64,000 nt of DNA from positions 25,582 through 89,581 of the forward strand of contig DHQO01000022.1 of the NCBI GenBank assembly GCA_002408125.1, in the 5' to 3' direction. The notes beneath the pieces are model-generated. The model saw nothing but the letters and a program-made list of their open reading frames with translations. It did not search any database and was not told the DNA's origin. Numbering within the stretch: position 1 is the first letter of the stretch; every line of letters starts with the position of its first letter. Origin of the DNA: Hyphomonadaceae bacterium UBA5336 (GTDB lineage: Bacteria; Pseudomonadota; Alphaproteobacteria; Caulobacterales; Hyphomonadaceae). Of this stretch, positions 26,370-35,079 are shown piece by piece. A program made the translations under genes and the position numbers.

Positions 26370-27551
26370 ATGGCTGATCAAGATCCCGTTGTTATCGTAG
26401 GCATGGCCCGCACGCCGATGGGCGGCCTGCTCGGCGACCTCTCTGCCCTCTCGGCAAATGAACTTGGCGCCATCGCCGTGAAGGCTGCAGCTGCCGAGGC
26501 CAAGCTGGGCTCCGATGAGGCCGACGAGATCATCATGGGCAACTGCCTGCCCGCCGGACAGGGCCAGGCACCCGCCCGCCAGGCCGGTTTCAAGGCCGAC
26601 ATGGACAAGGGTCTGGAAGCCACCACGATCAACAAGATGTGCGGCTCGGGCATGCAGGCCACCGTCATGGGCCGCAATGCCATCCTGGCCGGCGAAGCCA
26701 ATATCGTGATCGCAGGCGGCATGGAATCCATGACCAATGCGCCGCACCTCATCAATGCCCGCAAGGGCCACAAATATGGCGATATGGTCTCCAAGGATCA
26801 TATGGCCCTGGACGGTCTCAGCGATGCCTATACCGGCGGCCCCATGGGCATTTTCGCCGACCAGATCGCCGTGGAATACCAGTTCACCCGCGAGCAGCAG
26901 GACGCCTATGCGCTCGAAACCCTCTCGCGGGCCCAGTCGGCCACCGAGACCGGCAAGTTCAAGCGCGAGATCGCGCCGGTCACAATTGCCTCGCGCAAGG
27001 GCGAGGTGGTGGTCGACACCGACGAGCTGCCGCGTACCGCGCGCCCCGACAAGATCCCGAGCCTGCGCCCGGCCTTTTCCAAGGACGGCACGGTGACGGC
27101 CGCAAACGCTTCGGCCATTTCCGACGGCGCGGCGGCCCTGATCCTGATGAAGCAGTCCGAAGCTGAAAAGCGCGGCCTGACCCCGATCGCGAAGATCGTC
27201 TCGGCGTCCAGCCATGCCCATGAGCCGGAAAAGTTCACCACCGCACCGGTGCCGGCCATGCAGAAGGCCCTCGCCAAGGCCGGCTGGGAGGTCTCCGATG
27301 TCGATCTGTGGGAAATCAACGAGGCCTTCGCCGTGGTGCCGATGATCGCCATGAAGGAGCTCGGCATTTCCCATGATGTGGTGAATGTGAACGGCGGCGC
27401 CTGCGCCATGGGTCACCCGATCGGTGCATCTGGCGCCCGCGTGCTGATCACGCTGCTGGCCGCCATGGAAGACCGCGATGTGAAGAAGGGCGTGGCCTCG
27501 CTCTGCATCGGCGGCGGCGAAGGCATCGCCATGTGCGTCGAGCGTGCTTGA
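26370..27551 (+). CDS. acetyl-CoA C-acetyltransferase (thiolase II)
   Basis: 393 aa. Active-site regions NKMCGSGMQA, NVNGGACAMGHPIGASG and CIGGGEG. Confidence 0.95.
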   Translation: MADQDPVVIVGMARTPMGGLLGDLSALSANELGAIAVKAAAAEAKLGSDEADEIIMGNCLPAGQGQAPARQAGFKADMDKGLEATTINKMCGSGMQATVMGRNAILAGEANIVIAGGMESMTNAPHLINARKGHKYGDMVSKDHMALDGLSDAYTGGPMGIFADQIAVEYQFTREQQDAYALETLSRAQSATETGKFKREIAPVTIASRKGEVVVDTDELPRTARPDKIPSLRPAFSKDGTVTAANASAISDGAAALILMKQSEAEKRGLTPIAKIVSASSHAHEPEKFTTAPVPAMQKALAKAGWEVSDVDLWEINEAFAVVPMIAMKELGISHDVVNVNGGACAMGHPIGASGARVLITLLAAMEDRDVKKGVASLCIGGGEGIAMCVERA

Positions 27552-27569
27552 TCACCGGTCTGCGCAGTA

Positions 27570-27621
27570 GAATTTTCGCTCCGGGGGAGCGAAAATAGGT
27601 GAGCAAGGCCACGGCAGTGGC
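27570..27621 (+). repeat. R3 repeat (perfect A/T-armed hairpin + GGCCACGGCAGTGGC tail)
   Basis: ATTTTCGCTCC-GGG-GGAGCGAAAAT (27572-27596), then 10 nt, then GGCCACGGCAGTGGC (27607-27621). Confidence 0.8.
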
Positions 27622-27693
27622 AGGAAAAATAGGAAGCCCTTCGAATAGGCGGGCTTTTTGCGTATTGCGGACAGGCCTGTGTCTATCGCGATT

Positions 27694-27714
27694 CCCCGCG
27701 ACTTGATCGCGGGG
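27694..27714. repeat. 8-bp GC hairpin CCCCGCGA-CTTGA-TCGCGGGG
   Basis: Perfect inverted repeat read directly from the sequence. Single copy in this window. Confidence 0.5.
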
Positions 27715-27803
27715 TCCATCTCCAAAGCCACAGCCAGGAACGCCCGGCGGGAGCTGGGCACCGCGGGTTATGCCGCGGTGAATCGTTCAATCTGCAGCAC
27801 GCC

Positions 27804-28175
27804 TCAGCTATAGTCCGCCACCCGGCAGAGCTTCCCGTCGCGTTCCTCGAAGAAGCTCGCGCCGGAAATCTTCACCGTCTCACCCGCCGCAACGCCATTG
27901 GGCAGGTCGACCGCAGCCTTGCCTTCGAACTCGACCTCGGCGGCGGCCTTGTTGCCGGATGCGACGATATTGACCAGGCGTTGGCGGCGATACGAGAAGG
28001 CATTGCCCGAGAGTTCGGCAACCTGGCGCATGGCGTCCTTGCCTTCCAGGCGCATGGACTGGCCTGTATTGGAGATATTCTCGAAGATCACATCGTCCGT
28101 GACGCATTCGATCATCCCGTCCAGGTCGCGGGAGTTGTAACAGGCGATATAATGGGTGATGACATCCTGGATCAT
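27804..28175 (-). CDS. NTF2-like / SnoaL-like (ketosteroid isomerase fold) protein
   Basis: 123 aa from MIQDVITHYIACYNSRDLDGMIECVTDDVIFENI, a typical SnoaL_2 start. GGAGG RBS. Confidence 0.7.
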   Translation of the reverse strand: MIQDVITHYIACYNSRDLDGMIECVTDDVIFENISNTGQSMRLEGKDAMRQVAELSGNAFSYRRQRLVNIVASGNKAAAEVEFEGKAAVDLPNGVAAGETVKISGASFFEERDGKLCRVADYS

Positions 28176-28283
28176 CGTGGCTCCTCCGGGACAGTTCGCC
28201 ACTTTGGCTGAGAATCAGTCCGTTAAGGACTTTACACCGCACATGGTTTGACCATAAGCCCCGCGCCTGCAGGAGAAATGATC

Positions 28284-29318
28284 ATGGCTACGCGTATTGC
28301 AGTCGTCGGCGCCACAGGCAATGTGGGCCAGGAAATGTTGAACATCCTCGACGAGCGGGCCTTCCCCGCCGATGAGGTCTTCGCTGTGGCCTCGCGCCGC
28401 TCGATTGGCCGCGAGGTCAGCTATGGCGACCGCGAGCTGAAATGTCATGATATCGAACAGTTCGATTTTTCGCAGGTGGATGTCTGCCTGATGTCGGCGG
28501 GCGGCAGCGTCGCCAAGGAATGGGCGCCGAAGATCGCGGCTGAGGGCGCCATCGTGATCGACAATTCCTCGGCCTTCCGCATGGACCCGGACGTGCCGCT
28601 GATCGTGCCGGAAGTGAATGCCGATGCGGTGATGGGCTATACCGCCAAGAACATTATCGCCAATCCGAACTGTTCCACCGCTCAGCTCGTTGTCGCGCTC
28701 AAGCCACTGCATGACGCGGTCGGCATCACCCGCGTCGTTGTGGCGACCTATCAGTCGGTCTCCGGCGCGGGCAAGGCGGCGATGGACGAGCTCTGGCAGC
28801 AGACCAAGGGTATCTATGTGAACCAGGCCCCCGAGCCGACCGAGTTCACCCGCCAGATCGCCTTCAATGTGATCCCGCATATCGATGTCTTCATGGACGA
28901 CGCCTTCACCAAGGAAGAGTGGAAGATGCGCGTGGAAACCAAGAAGATCATCGGCGAGGAGATCGAGCTTGTCGCTACTTGTGCCCGCGTGCCGGTCTTT
29001 GTCGGCCATGCCGAGGCGGTGCATGTGGAGCTTGCCGGCCCGATGAGCGCGGCCCAGGCGCGCGCCCTCCTGCGCGAGAGCCCCGGTCTCATGGTGGTCG
29101 ATGACCCGTCCGAGGACCAGTATATCACCCCGATCGACTGTGTCGGTGAGTGGGCGACCTTCATCTCGCGCATCCGCAAGGACCCGACCGTGGAAAACGG
29201 CCTGGCCTTCTGGTGCGTCTCGGACAATCTGCGCAAGGGCGCGGCCCTGAACGCGGTGCAGATCGCCGAGGAACTGCTCAATCGCGGTGTGATCAAGGCC
29301 GAGAAGGTACCGGTCTAA
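28284..29318 (+). CDS. asd: aspartate-semialdehyde dehydrogenase
   Basis: MATRIAVVGATGNVGQEML.., active-site NPNCSTAQ. AGGAGA RBS sits 7 nt upstream of the ATG at 28284. Confidence 0.95.
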   Translation: MATRIAVVGATGNVGQEMLNILDERAFPADEVFAVASRRSIGREVSYGDRELKCHDIEQFDFSQVDVCLMSAGGSVAKEWAPKIAAEGAIVIDNSSAFRMDPDVPLIVPEVNADAVMGYTAKNIIANPNCSTAQLVVALKPLHDAVGITRVVVATYQSVSGAGKAAMDELWQQTKGIYVNQAPEPTEFTRQIAFNVIPHIDVFMDDAFTKEEWKMRVETKKIIGEEIELVATCARVPVFVGHAEAVHVELAGPMSAAQARALLRESPGLMVVDDPSEDQYITPIDCVGEWATFISRIRKDPTVENGLAFWCVSDNLRKGAALNAVQIAEELLNRGVIKAEKVPV

Positions 29319-29335
29319 CCGCCCGAACCATCATA

Positions 29336-29374
29336 GCCCTCATCCTGAGCGGAGACGAAGGAGGAGGGCGGGCG
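29336..29374 (+). repeat. R2 hairpin repeat
   Basis: GCCCTCATCC-TGAGCGGAGACGAA-GGAGGAGGGCGGGCG. Confidence 0.75.
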
Positions 29375-29391
29375 GTAGAGAACGGACCACA

Positions 29392-29429
29392 GCCCTGAGC
29401 GCGCTCTGTCGCGGAGCGGAGAGCAAACA
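29392..29429 (+). repeat. shortened R1-like unit
   Basis: GCCCTGAGCGCG-CTCT-gtCGCggaGCGg-AGAG-CAAACA. It has the same head and tail as R1 but lacks the ATGTGA/GATACG loop halves. Confidence 0.45.
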
Positions 29430-29437
29430 GGGACTTA

Positions 29438-29487
29438 GCCACTGCCGTGGCCTTCTCCGCCTGAATTTGATCCCCCGGATCAAATTC
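29438..29487 (-). repeat. R3 repeat (reverse orientation)
   Basis: The + strand reads GCCACTGCCGTGGCC (29438-29452), 10 nt, then GAATTTGATCC-CCC-GGATCAAATTC (29463-29487). The tail is the exact reverse complement of 27607-27621. Confidence 0.8.
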
Positions 29488-29511
29488 CTTGCTGCGCAAA
29501 CCGGCTACGAA

Positions 29512-29559
29512 GCCCTGAGCGCGATCCATGTGAGGGCGAAGCCCGATACGGGATCAGAC
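29512..29559 (+). repeat. R1 two-stem hairpin repeat (GATCC/GGATC subtype)
   Basis: GCCCTGAGCGC|GATCC|ATGTGA|GGGC-GAA-GCCC|GATACG|GGATC|AGAC. Ends 6 nt before the mnmA stop. Confidence 0.8.
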
Positions 29560-29565
29560 CGGGAC

Positions 29566-30753
29566 TCAGGCGGCCGCCGGGGTATCCACCACGCCGAAAG
29601 TGCTGGCGATGAAGCCGCCGCCGAGCACGCGCGTCTCGCCATCCGGATCGTAGAAGACGCAGGCCTGGCCGCGCGCCACACCGTGTTCCGGCGTGTCGAA
29701 GAACACCGCCGGCTGCCCATCGCGAAGGCCGAGCCGTGCCGGCACCGGCGCCCGGGTCGAGCGCACGCGTGCGAGCACCGGCCGCTCGGCTGCGCAGGCC
29801 TCCTCGACACTGCCGCCGCCGAGCCAGTTCAGTTCCGTCAGCGTCAGGCCAACCGTCGCAAGCGCATCCTGCGGGCCGACAATCACCTGCCGTTTCGGTG
29901 CATCGATCTTCACCACATAAAGCGGCTCGCCGGTCGCGATGCCGAGGCCGCGCCGCTGGCCCACCGTATAGTGGATCACGCCATTATGGGTACCCAGAAC
30001 GCGGCCATCCATATGCACAATCTCCCCGCCACGCCCGGCGCCGGGGCGCAGGCGCTTGACCACATCGGCATAATTACCATCGGGCACAAAGCAGATGTCC
30101 TGGCTGTCGGGTTTGGTCGCCACGGGCAGCCCGTATTTCTCGGCCAGCTCGCGCACCTGCGATTTCGGCAGGCCGCCGAGCGGGAAGCGCAAATAGTCGA
30201 GTTGCTCTGCCGTGGTGGCGAACAGGAAATAGGACTGGTCGCGGCTGTCATCATGGGCGCGGTGCAGCTCGGCGCCCGCCGGGCCGGTTTCGCGGCGGAT
30301 ATAGTGTCCGGTGGCAAGGCAGTCCGCACCGAGATCCTTCGCCGTGGCCAAGAGGTCGGCGAACTTGACCGTCTGATTGCAGCGAATGCACGGAATGGGC
30401 GTGGAGCCGGCCAGATAAGTGTCGGCGAAATCTTCCATCACCTGGTCGCGGAACCGGGATTCATAGTCAAGCACATAGTGCGGGATGCCGATCTGGTCGG
30501 CGACATTGCGCGCATCATGAATGTCCTGGCCGGCGCAGCAGGCGCCCTTGCGGCGCACCGCTTCGCCATGGTCGTAAAGCTGCAGGGTGATGCCCACCAC
30601 ATCATAGCCCTGATCGGCGAGCAGCGCGGCGACCACGGAACTGTCGACCCCACCTGACATGGCGGCGACCACGCGGGTTTCCGATGGCGGTTTGGCAAAG
30701 CCCAAAGAGTTCAGCCCGCCAGCCCCGGGGGCGGTAGAAGTGGGATGTGTCAT
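29566..30753 (-). CDS. mnmA: tRNA 2-thiouridine(34) synthase
   Basis: 395 aa. PP-loop [13 protein letters not shown] and catalytic Cys motifs (IPCIRCN, DSQDICF). Confidence 0.95.
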   Translation of the reverse strand: MTHPTSTAPGAGGLNSLGFAKPPSETRVVAAMSGGVDSSVVAALLADQGYDVVGITLQLYDHGEAVRRKGACCAGQDIHDARNVADQIGIPHYVLDYESRFRDQVMEDFADTYLAGSTPIPCIRCNQTVKFADLLATAKDLGADCLATGHYIRRETGPAGAELHRAHDDSRDQSYFLFATTAEQLDYLRFPLGGLPKSQVRELAEKYGLPVATKPDSQDICFVPDGNYADVVKRLRPGAGRGGEIVHMDGRVLGTHNGVIHYTVGQRRGLGIATGEPLYVVKIDAPKRQVIVGPQDALATVGLTLTELNWLGGGSVEEACAAERPVLARVRSTRAPVPARLGLRDGQPAVFFDTPEHGVARGQACVFYDPDGETRVLGGGFIASTFGVVDTPAAA

Positions 30754-30868
30754 GTCTCGTCTCCAGCCGGGGTCAAGGCCCGGCGCAGCGCGTCAGTTGA
30801 GAGCGCTATTTAGTCGAGATCATGGGGGAATCAAAGTAGGTACGGCCCGTACGCCTGCAATTGTCTGC

Positions 30869-31705
30869 TCAGGCGACCTTCTTGCGGCGGGCTTCGGGCA
30901 CCACTTCCCAGGCGCCGCGATGGGTGCGCGAGGGTTCAAAGGCCGGGGTCGAGCCGCTCAGTGTCTCGCCATGGCCAAGGAAGAGGAGGCCGCCGGGCAC
31001 GAGCTTTTTCGTCAGCAGGTCGGCCGCGCGGGCACGCATGGATTTGCTCATCCCCGACAGGACATGGGCGCAGATAATGATGTCGAACTGGCCGAGCGGA
31101 GCCTCGGCATCAAGCAGATTGTGCTGGCGGAAGCCGATGGCGCGGCGCAGTTCCTCGCTGGCCTGCCACTGGCCGGTTTCGAGCTGGTCGAAATGGCGCA
31201 TCAGTCTGTGCACGGAAAGGCCGCGCTGTATGTCGAAATGGCCGTAGGTCCCGGCCCGCGCGGTGTTCAGCGATTGCTTGCAGATATCGGTCGCGGTGAT
31301 GTCGATCCGTGCACCGGCCAGCGCCTGGGAATGCTCACCCAGCAGGATGGCCAGCGAATAGGCCTCCTGGCCGGTGGAGACCCCGGCGCACAGGATGCGC
31401 AGGCGGCCGGCCTTGGACTGTTTCAGCTTGGCGGGGATGACATCGCTGACCAGGCGCCCCAGCATGTCGCGGTCGCGGAAGAACCAGGTCTGGCGGGTCT
31501 GAAGCGCCGCGGCCACTTCGCCTTCGAAAACCGGGTTGGGGCGCGCATCCAGGCAGGCCACGAGATCATCGCACGAGGCAAAGCCCTCACGGCGCAGGAT
31601 ATTGGAAAGCCGGGCCTCGACCAGATAGGCCTTGGAGGGCGAAATGAACTGCCCGGTGGTTTTCAAGGCCAGGTCCGCAAGGGTGTTGAACGTGGCTTCC
31701 TGCAT
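30869..31705 (-). CDS. cheR: CheR-family protein-glutamate O-methyltransferase
   Basis: 278 aa. CheR_N-like helical start and a SAM domain (TWFFRD.., RILCAGVSTGQEAYSLAILL, FDIIICAHVL). Confidence 0.85.
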   Translation of the reverse strand: MQEATFNTLADLALKTTGQFISPSKAYLVEARLSNILRREGFASCDDLVACLDARPNPVFEGEVAAALQTRQTWFFRDRDMLGRLVSDVIPAKLKQSKAGRLRILCAGVSTGQEAYSLAILLGEHSQALAGARIDITATDICKQSLNTARAGTYGHFDIQRGLSVHRLMRHFDQLETGQWQASEELRRAIGFRQHNLLDAEAPLGQFDIIICAHVLSGMSKSMRARAADLLTKKLVPGGLLFLGHGETLSGSTPAFEPSRTHRGAWEVVPEARRKKVA

Positions 31706-31776
31706 AGGTGGTCCTCTGACAATCTTTGGGCAGAAAATGTACGCAACACACTGAAACTGGCGCCATTAACAAAGTG

Positions 31777-32142
31777 TCAAACCAGGCCGACCTCGGCGAA
31801 CTTGGATTGCAGAATATCTGTGTCAAATGGCTTCATTACAAATTCATCGGCACCCGAACGAAGTGCCTCGGTAATATGATCGCGGTCTGTTTCGGTGGAG
31901 CAGAACACGACCTTGGGGGATTTTCCGCCGGTCTCGCGGCGCAGGGCGCGCAGGAAATCCAGGCCGTTCATGACCGGCATGTTCCAGTCGAGCAGGATGA
32001 CATCGGGCATGGCCTTGCGGCACGCTTCCAGCGCTTCGGCGCCGTCGGCCGCCTCGGTGACGTCGAACTGCATGCCGGCCACGATTCGGCCTGCAACCTT
32101 GCGTACGACTCGACTATCGTCGACAATCAGACATTGTTTCAT
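31777..32142 (-). CDS. single-domain response regulator (CheY-like receiver)
   Basis: 121 aa from MKQCLIVDDSRVVRK. Phospho-acceptor context ILLDWNMPVMNG and conserved VMKPF. Confidence 0.85.
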   Translation of the reverse strand: MKQCLIVDDSRVVRKVAGRIVAGMQFDVTEAADGAEALEACRKAMPDVILLDWNMPVMNGLDFLRALRRETGGKSPKVVFCSTETDRDHITEALRSGADEFVMKPFDTDILQSKFAEVGLV

Positions 32143-32229
32143 AAGAAAATTCGTCCCGTCAGCTCTCCCCACAAGAGCTACGGTGATTGTGTTAACTGAT
32201 CGCAAAGAAAATTCCAAGCTCTGGTTGAA

Positions 32230-34113
32230 TCACCTGCGTCCGAACAGGCGCTCCACATCGGCCAGTTTCAGCTCCACATAGGTCGGGCGGCCATGATTGC
32301 ACTGGCCAGAATGCGGTGTGGCTTCCATCTGGCGCAGAAGGGCGTTCATCTCTTCGCCCGTCAGCCGACGGCCCGCGCGCACACTGCCCCGGCATGCCAT
32401 GTTGCCCATGACCTCCTCGAAGCGTTCCTTCAGGGCGAGGCCGGCATCATATTCGGCGAAATCATCGGCGAGGTCTCGTATCAGGCCGGCCGCATCCATC
32501 TGCCCGAACAGGGCTGGCGTGGCCCGCACACAGACCGCGCCGGAGCCGAAGGGCTCGATCTCAAGGCCGAGCTCGGCGAGCTCTTCTGACCGTTCGAGCA
32601 CGCGTACGGCTTCTTCTTCTGTGAGCTCCACCACATCGGGGATGAGCAGGGCCTGGCGCCTGACCCCGCCGGCCGCCATTTGCCGTTTCATGTCCTCATA
32701 GACGAGGCGTTCATGGGCCGCGTGCTGGTCGACAATGACAATGCCGTCCTCGGTCTGGGCGACGATATAGGTCTCATGCAGCTGCGCGCGGGCCACGCCG
32801 AGGGGATAGTCCTGCGTTGGCGTACCTGGCGCGGTATCAGGCTCGATTCGGGCGGTCGGGGCGGCATCGGGTTCGGGCGCATAGGCCGGACGCGGCGGCG
32901 CGCTGACCCCCCCGCGCGGGCTGTAGTCGCCCTGCAGGCGCGATTGCGGTAGGTGCGGGCTCGCCGGTTCGGACCTGTCCCAGATCGAGCGGGTCTCGGC
33001 CTCCGGGGTACGCTCCGGTTGGACCCGGCCGAGCGCGAAGCCGGCCACGGTTGTGCTGGCGCGGTGTCCGGCGGCTGCCAGTGAATGGCGTAGCGCGCCG
33101 ATGATCAGCCCACGGACATTGCCGGCATCGCGGAAGCGCACCTCGGTCTTGGCCGGATGGACATTCACATCCACCCATTCAGAATCAAGATCGACAAACA
33201 GCGCCGCCATGGGATGTCGGTCGCGCGCGAGGAAGTCCTGATAGGCTGCGCGGATGACGCCGTTCAGCATGCGGTCCTTCACCGGCCGTCCGTTCACGAA
33301 CAGGAATTGCAGCCCGGAATTGCCGCGGTTGAGCGTCGGCAGGCCGGCAAAGCCTGTGACGGTCACGCCATCGCGTTCGGCGTCGATCTCGATGGCATTT
33401 TCGCGAAACTCGCGGCCCATGATCGCGCCCAGCCGGGCAAGGCGTGCTTGCGCGGCATCGCCGGCCTCTGCGGCATGGCGGAAGACCGAGCGGCCATTGC
33501 TTTCCAGCGAAAAGCCGACATCGGCGCGCGACATGGCCAGCCGCTTGACCGCATCGCTCACGGCCAGGGTCTCGGCGCGCTCGGATTTCATGAATTTCAG
33601 GCGCGCAGGCGTTGCGAAAAAGATATCGCGCACCTCGATCCGCGTGCCGCTGTCGCTCCGTCCGGTCCAGGGCGCGGGCTTGGGCCCCTCGATCCGCCCA
33701 CCTTCGACGAAGACTTCCGCCGTTTCGCAGCCCGGTGCCCTTGACGTCAGTGTCATGCGCGAAACCGAGCCGATGGAGGGCAGCGCTTCGCCGCGAAAGC
33801 CCATTGTGTGGATGTTCAGGAGGTCGATGCGCCCGTCCGGGCCGGGCACAAGCTTGGAGGTGGCGTGCCGGTCGAGCGCGGCGAGGAGATCGGCTTCGTC
33901 CATGCCGCAGCCATCATCCTCCACGGCAAGGCGTTTGAGCCCGCCATTCTCGATCGAAACCGCGATCTGGCGCGCGCCGGCATCGAGCGCGTTTTCGACC
34001 AGTTCCTTTACCGCGGCAGCCGGCCGCTCAACCACCTCACCGGCGGCGATACGGTTAACGGCATCCGGCGGCAGGCGCCGGATCTGGGGACGGGCGCGAG
34101 GAGAATCAGCCAT
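32230..34113 (-). CDS. mutL: DNA mismatch repair endonuclease MutL
   Basis: 627 aa. GHKL ATPase N-terminus ([26 protein letters not shown]) and the C-terminal endonuclease motif [12 protein letters not shown]. Confidence 0.95.
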   Translation of the reverse strand: MADSPRARPQIRRLPPDAVNRIAAGEVVERPAAAVKELVENALDAGARQIAVSIENGGLKRLAVEDDGCGMDEADLLAALDRHATSKLVPGPDGRIDLLNIHTMGFRGEALPSIGSVSRMTLTSRAPGCETAEVFVEGGRIEGPKPAPWTGRSDSGTRIEVRDIFFATPARLKFMKSERAETLAVSDAVKRLAMSRADVGFSLESNGRSVFRHAAEAGDAAQARLARLGAIMGREFRENAIEIDAERDGVTVTGFAGLPTLNRGNSGLQFLFVNGRPVKDRMLNGVIRAAYQDFLARDRHPMAALFVDLDSEWVDVNVHPAKTEVRFRDAGNVRGLIIGALRHSLAAAGHRASTTVAGFALGRVQPERTPEAETRSIWDRSEPASPHLPQSRLQGDYSPRGGVSAPPRPAYAPEPDAAPTARIEPDTAPGTPTQDYPLGVARAQLHETYIVAQTEDGIVIVDQHAAHERLVYEDMKRQMAAGGVRRQALLIPDVVELTEEEAVRVLERSEELAELGLEIEPFGSGAVCVRATPALFGQMDAAGLIRDLADDFAEYDAGLALKERFEEVMGNMACRGSVRAGRRLTGEEMNALLRQMEATPHSGQCNHGRPTYVELKLADVERLFGRR

Positions 34114-34308
34114 CCAAGGAGTTTACCAGTGCGGCCGGCAAAGCGCCAAAGCATCGTGTGCGGTAGTGCCGGAAAACAACACTCCAATCCGTGTACTGCA
34201 AATGTCCGCATTGTCATGGAACGTCGCCCCCGAGGGGCCTGTTGCTCGCCCGTGACCTGCGCCGTTCGGGTGCATCACGAAATCACTCCAGAAACAGGAG
34301 ACTGTTCC

Positions 34309-34938
34309 ATGCGTAAACTTGCTACGATTTCCACCCTCGCCCTCTTTTCGACCGCCGCGGCCACGGCCGCCGCGCAGTCCTATACAGAGGAAGACACAGG
34401 GTTCTATATCGAAGGCGGCGCGGGCTACATGAATTTCGAGCCGGAAGGCGCCGAGGACGGTATCGACACCACGACGCTGAATGCGCGCGCGGGCTATCAG
34501 TTCACCCGCAATTTCGCCTTTGAGCTGGATCTCGCCAGTGGGATTGATGATGGCGAATTCGATTTCAACACCGATGAGGATGAGTTCGACCTGGACGACA
34601 ATGATGATGGCGACTTCGATGACCTCATCGCGGCGTCCGGCGATGTCGGCCTGAATTACCTGATCGGCGCCTTTGGCCGCGCCAGCGTGCCAATCACCGA
34701 CAGCGTCGATCTCTATGGCCGTCTCGGCTATGCCCTGGTCGATCTCGATGCCACGGTCATGACGCCCGGCGGCGTGGAACTTGCCACGGTGGAAGGCGAC
34801 GAGGACGGTGCGGCGCTCGGCGGCGGTGCGATTTTCGACATCACCGAAAGCTGGAGCATTCGCGGCGACGCGACCTATTACGCCTTCGACAATACCGACA
34901 CGTTCGGGGCCGGTCTGACGCTTGGCTACAAGTTCTGA
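34309..34938 (+). CDS. outer-membrane beta-barrel protein (OmpA-barrel/porin-family-like) with an acidic loop insertion
   Basis: AGGAG RBS, signal peptide MRKLATISTLALFSTAAATAAAQ, alternating beta-strand pattern and C-terminal aromatic residue (..GLTLGYKF). Asp-rich insertion at residues 80-105. Confidence 0.7.
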   Translation: MRKLATISTLALFSTAAATAAAQSYTEEDTGFYIEGGAGYMNFEPEGAEDGIDTTTLNARAGYQFTRNFAFELDLASGIDDGEFDFNTDEDEFDLDDNDDGDFDDLIAASGDVGLNYLIGAFGRASVPITDSVDLYGRLGYALVDLDATVMTPGGVELATVEGDEDGAALGGGAIFDITESWSIRGDATYYAFDNTDTFGAGLTLGYKF

Positions 34939-34967
34939 TCCGCCATTTGAAAACCGCCTGTGACATG

Positions 34968-34997
34968 CCCCGGTGCGCGCCTTGCGTGCCGGGGTTT
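34968..34997 (+). terminator. putative intrinsic terminator after the OM barrel gene
   Basis: 11-bp stem (2 G-T wobbles) CCCCGGTGCGC-GCCTT-GCGTGCCGGGG followed by only TTT. Confidence 0.45.
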
Positions 34998-35079
34998 CAC
35001 ATGCACGAAATTGTCCTTTCTTCAAGGCAGTGTTAACCCTTCGGCCAGGGTGGAACGCAAATTTGAAAAGGGACGCACC

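Noticed and set aside
27572-27596. The R3 perfect hairpins (also 29463-29487 and 38667-38691) as rho-independent terminators.
   Set aside because: On both strands the T-run precedes the stem and the A-run follows it, and both runs are part of the stem. No downstream U-tract would be transcribed.
33808-34938. A 376-aa version of the outer-membrane barrel gene.
   Set aside because: The N-terminal 167 residues are antisense to mutL. The ATG at 34309 has an AGGAG RBS and yields a standard signal peptide.
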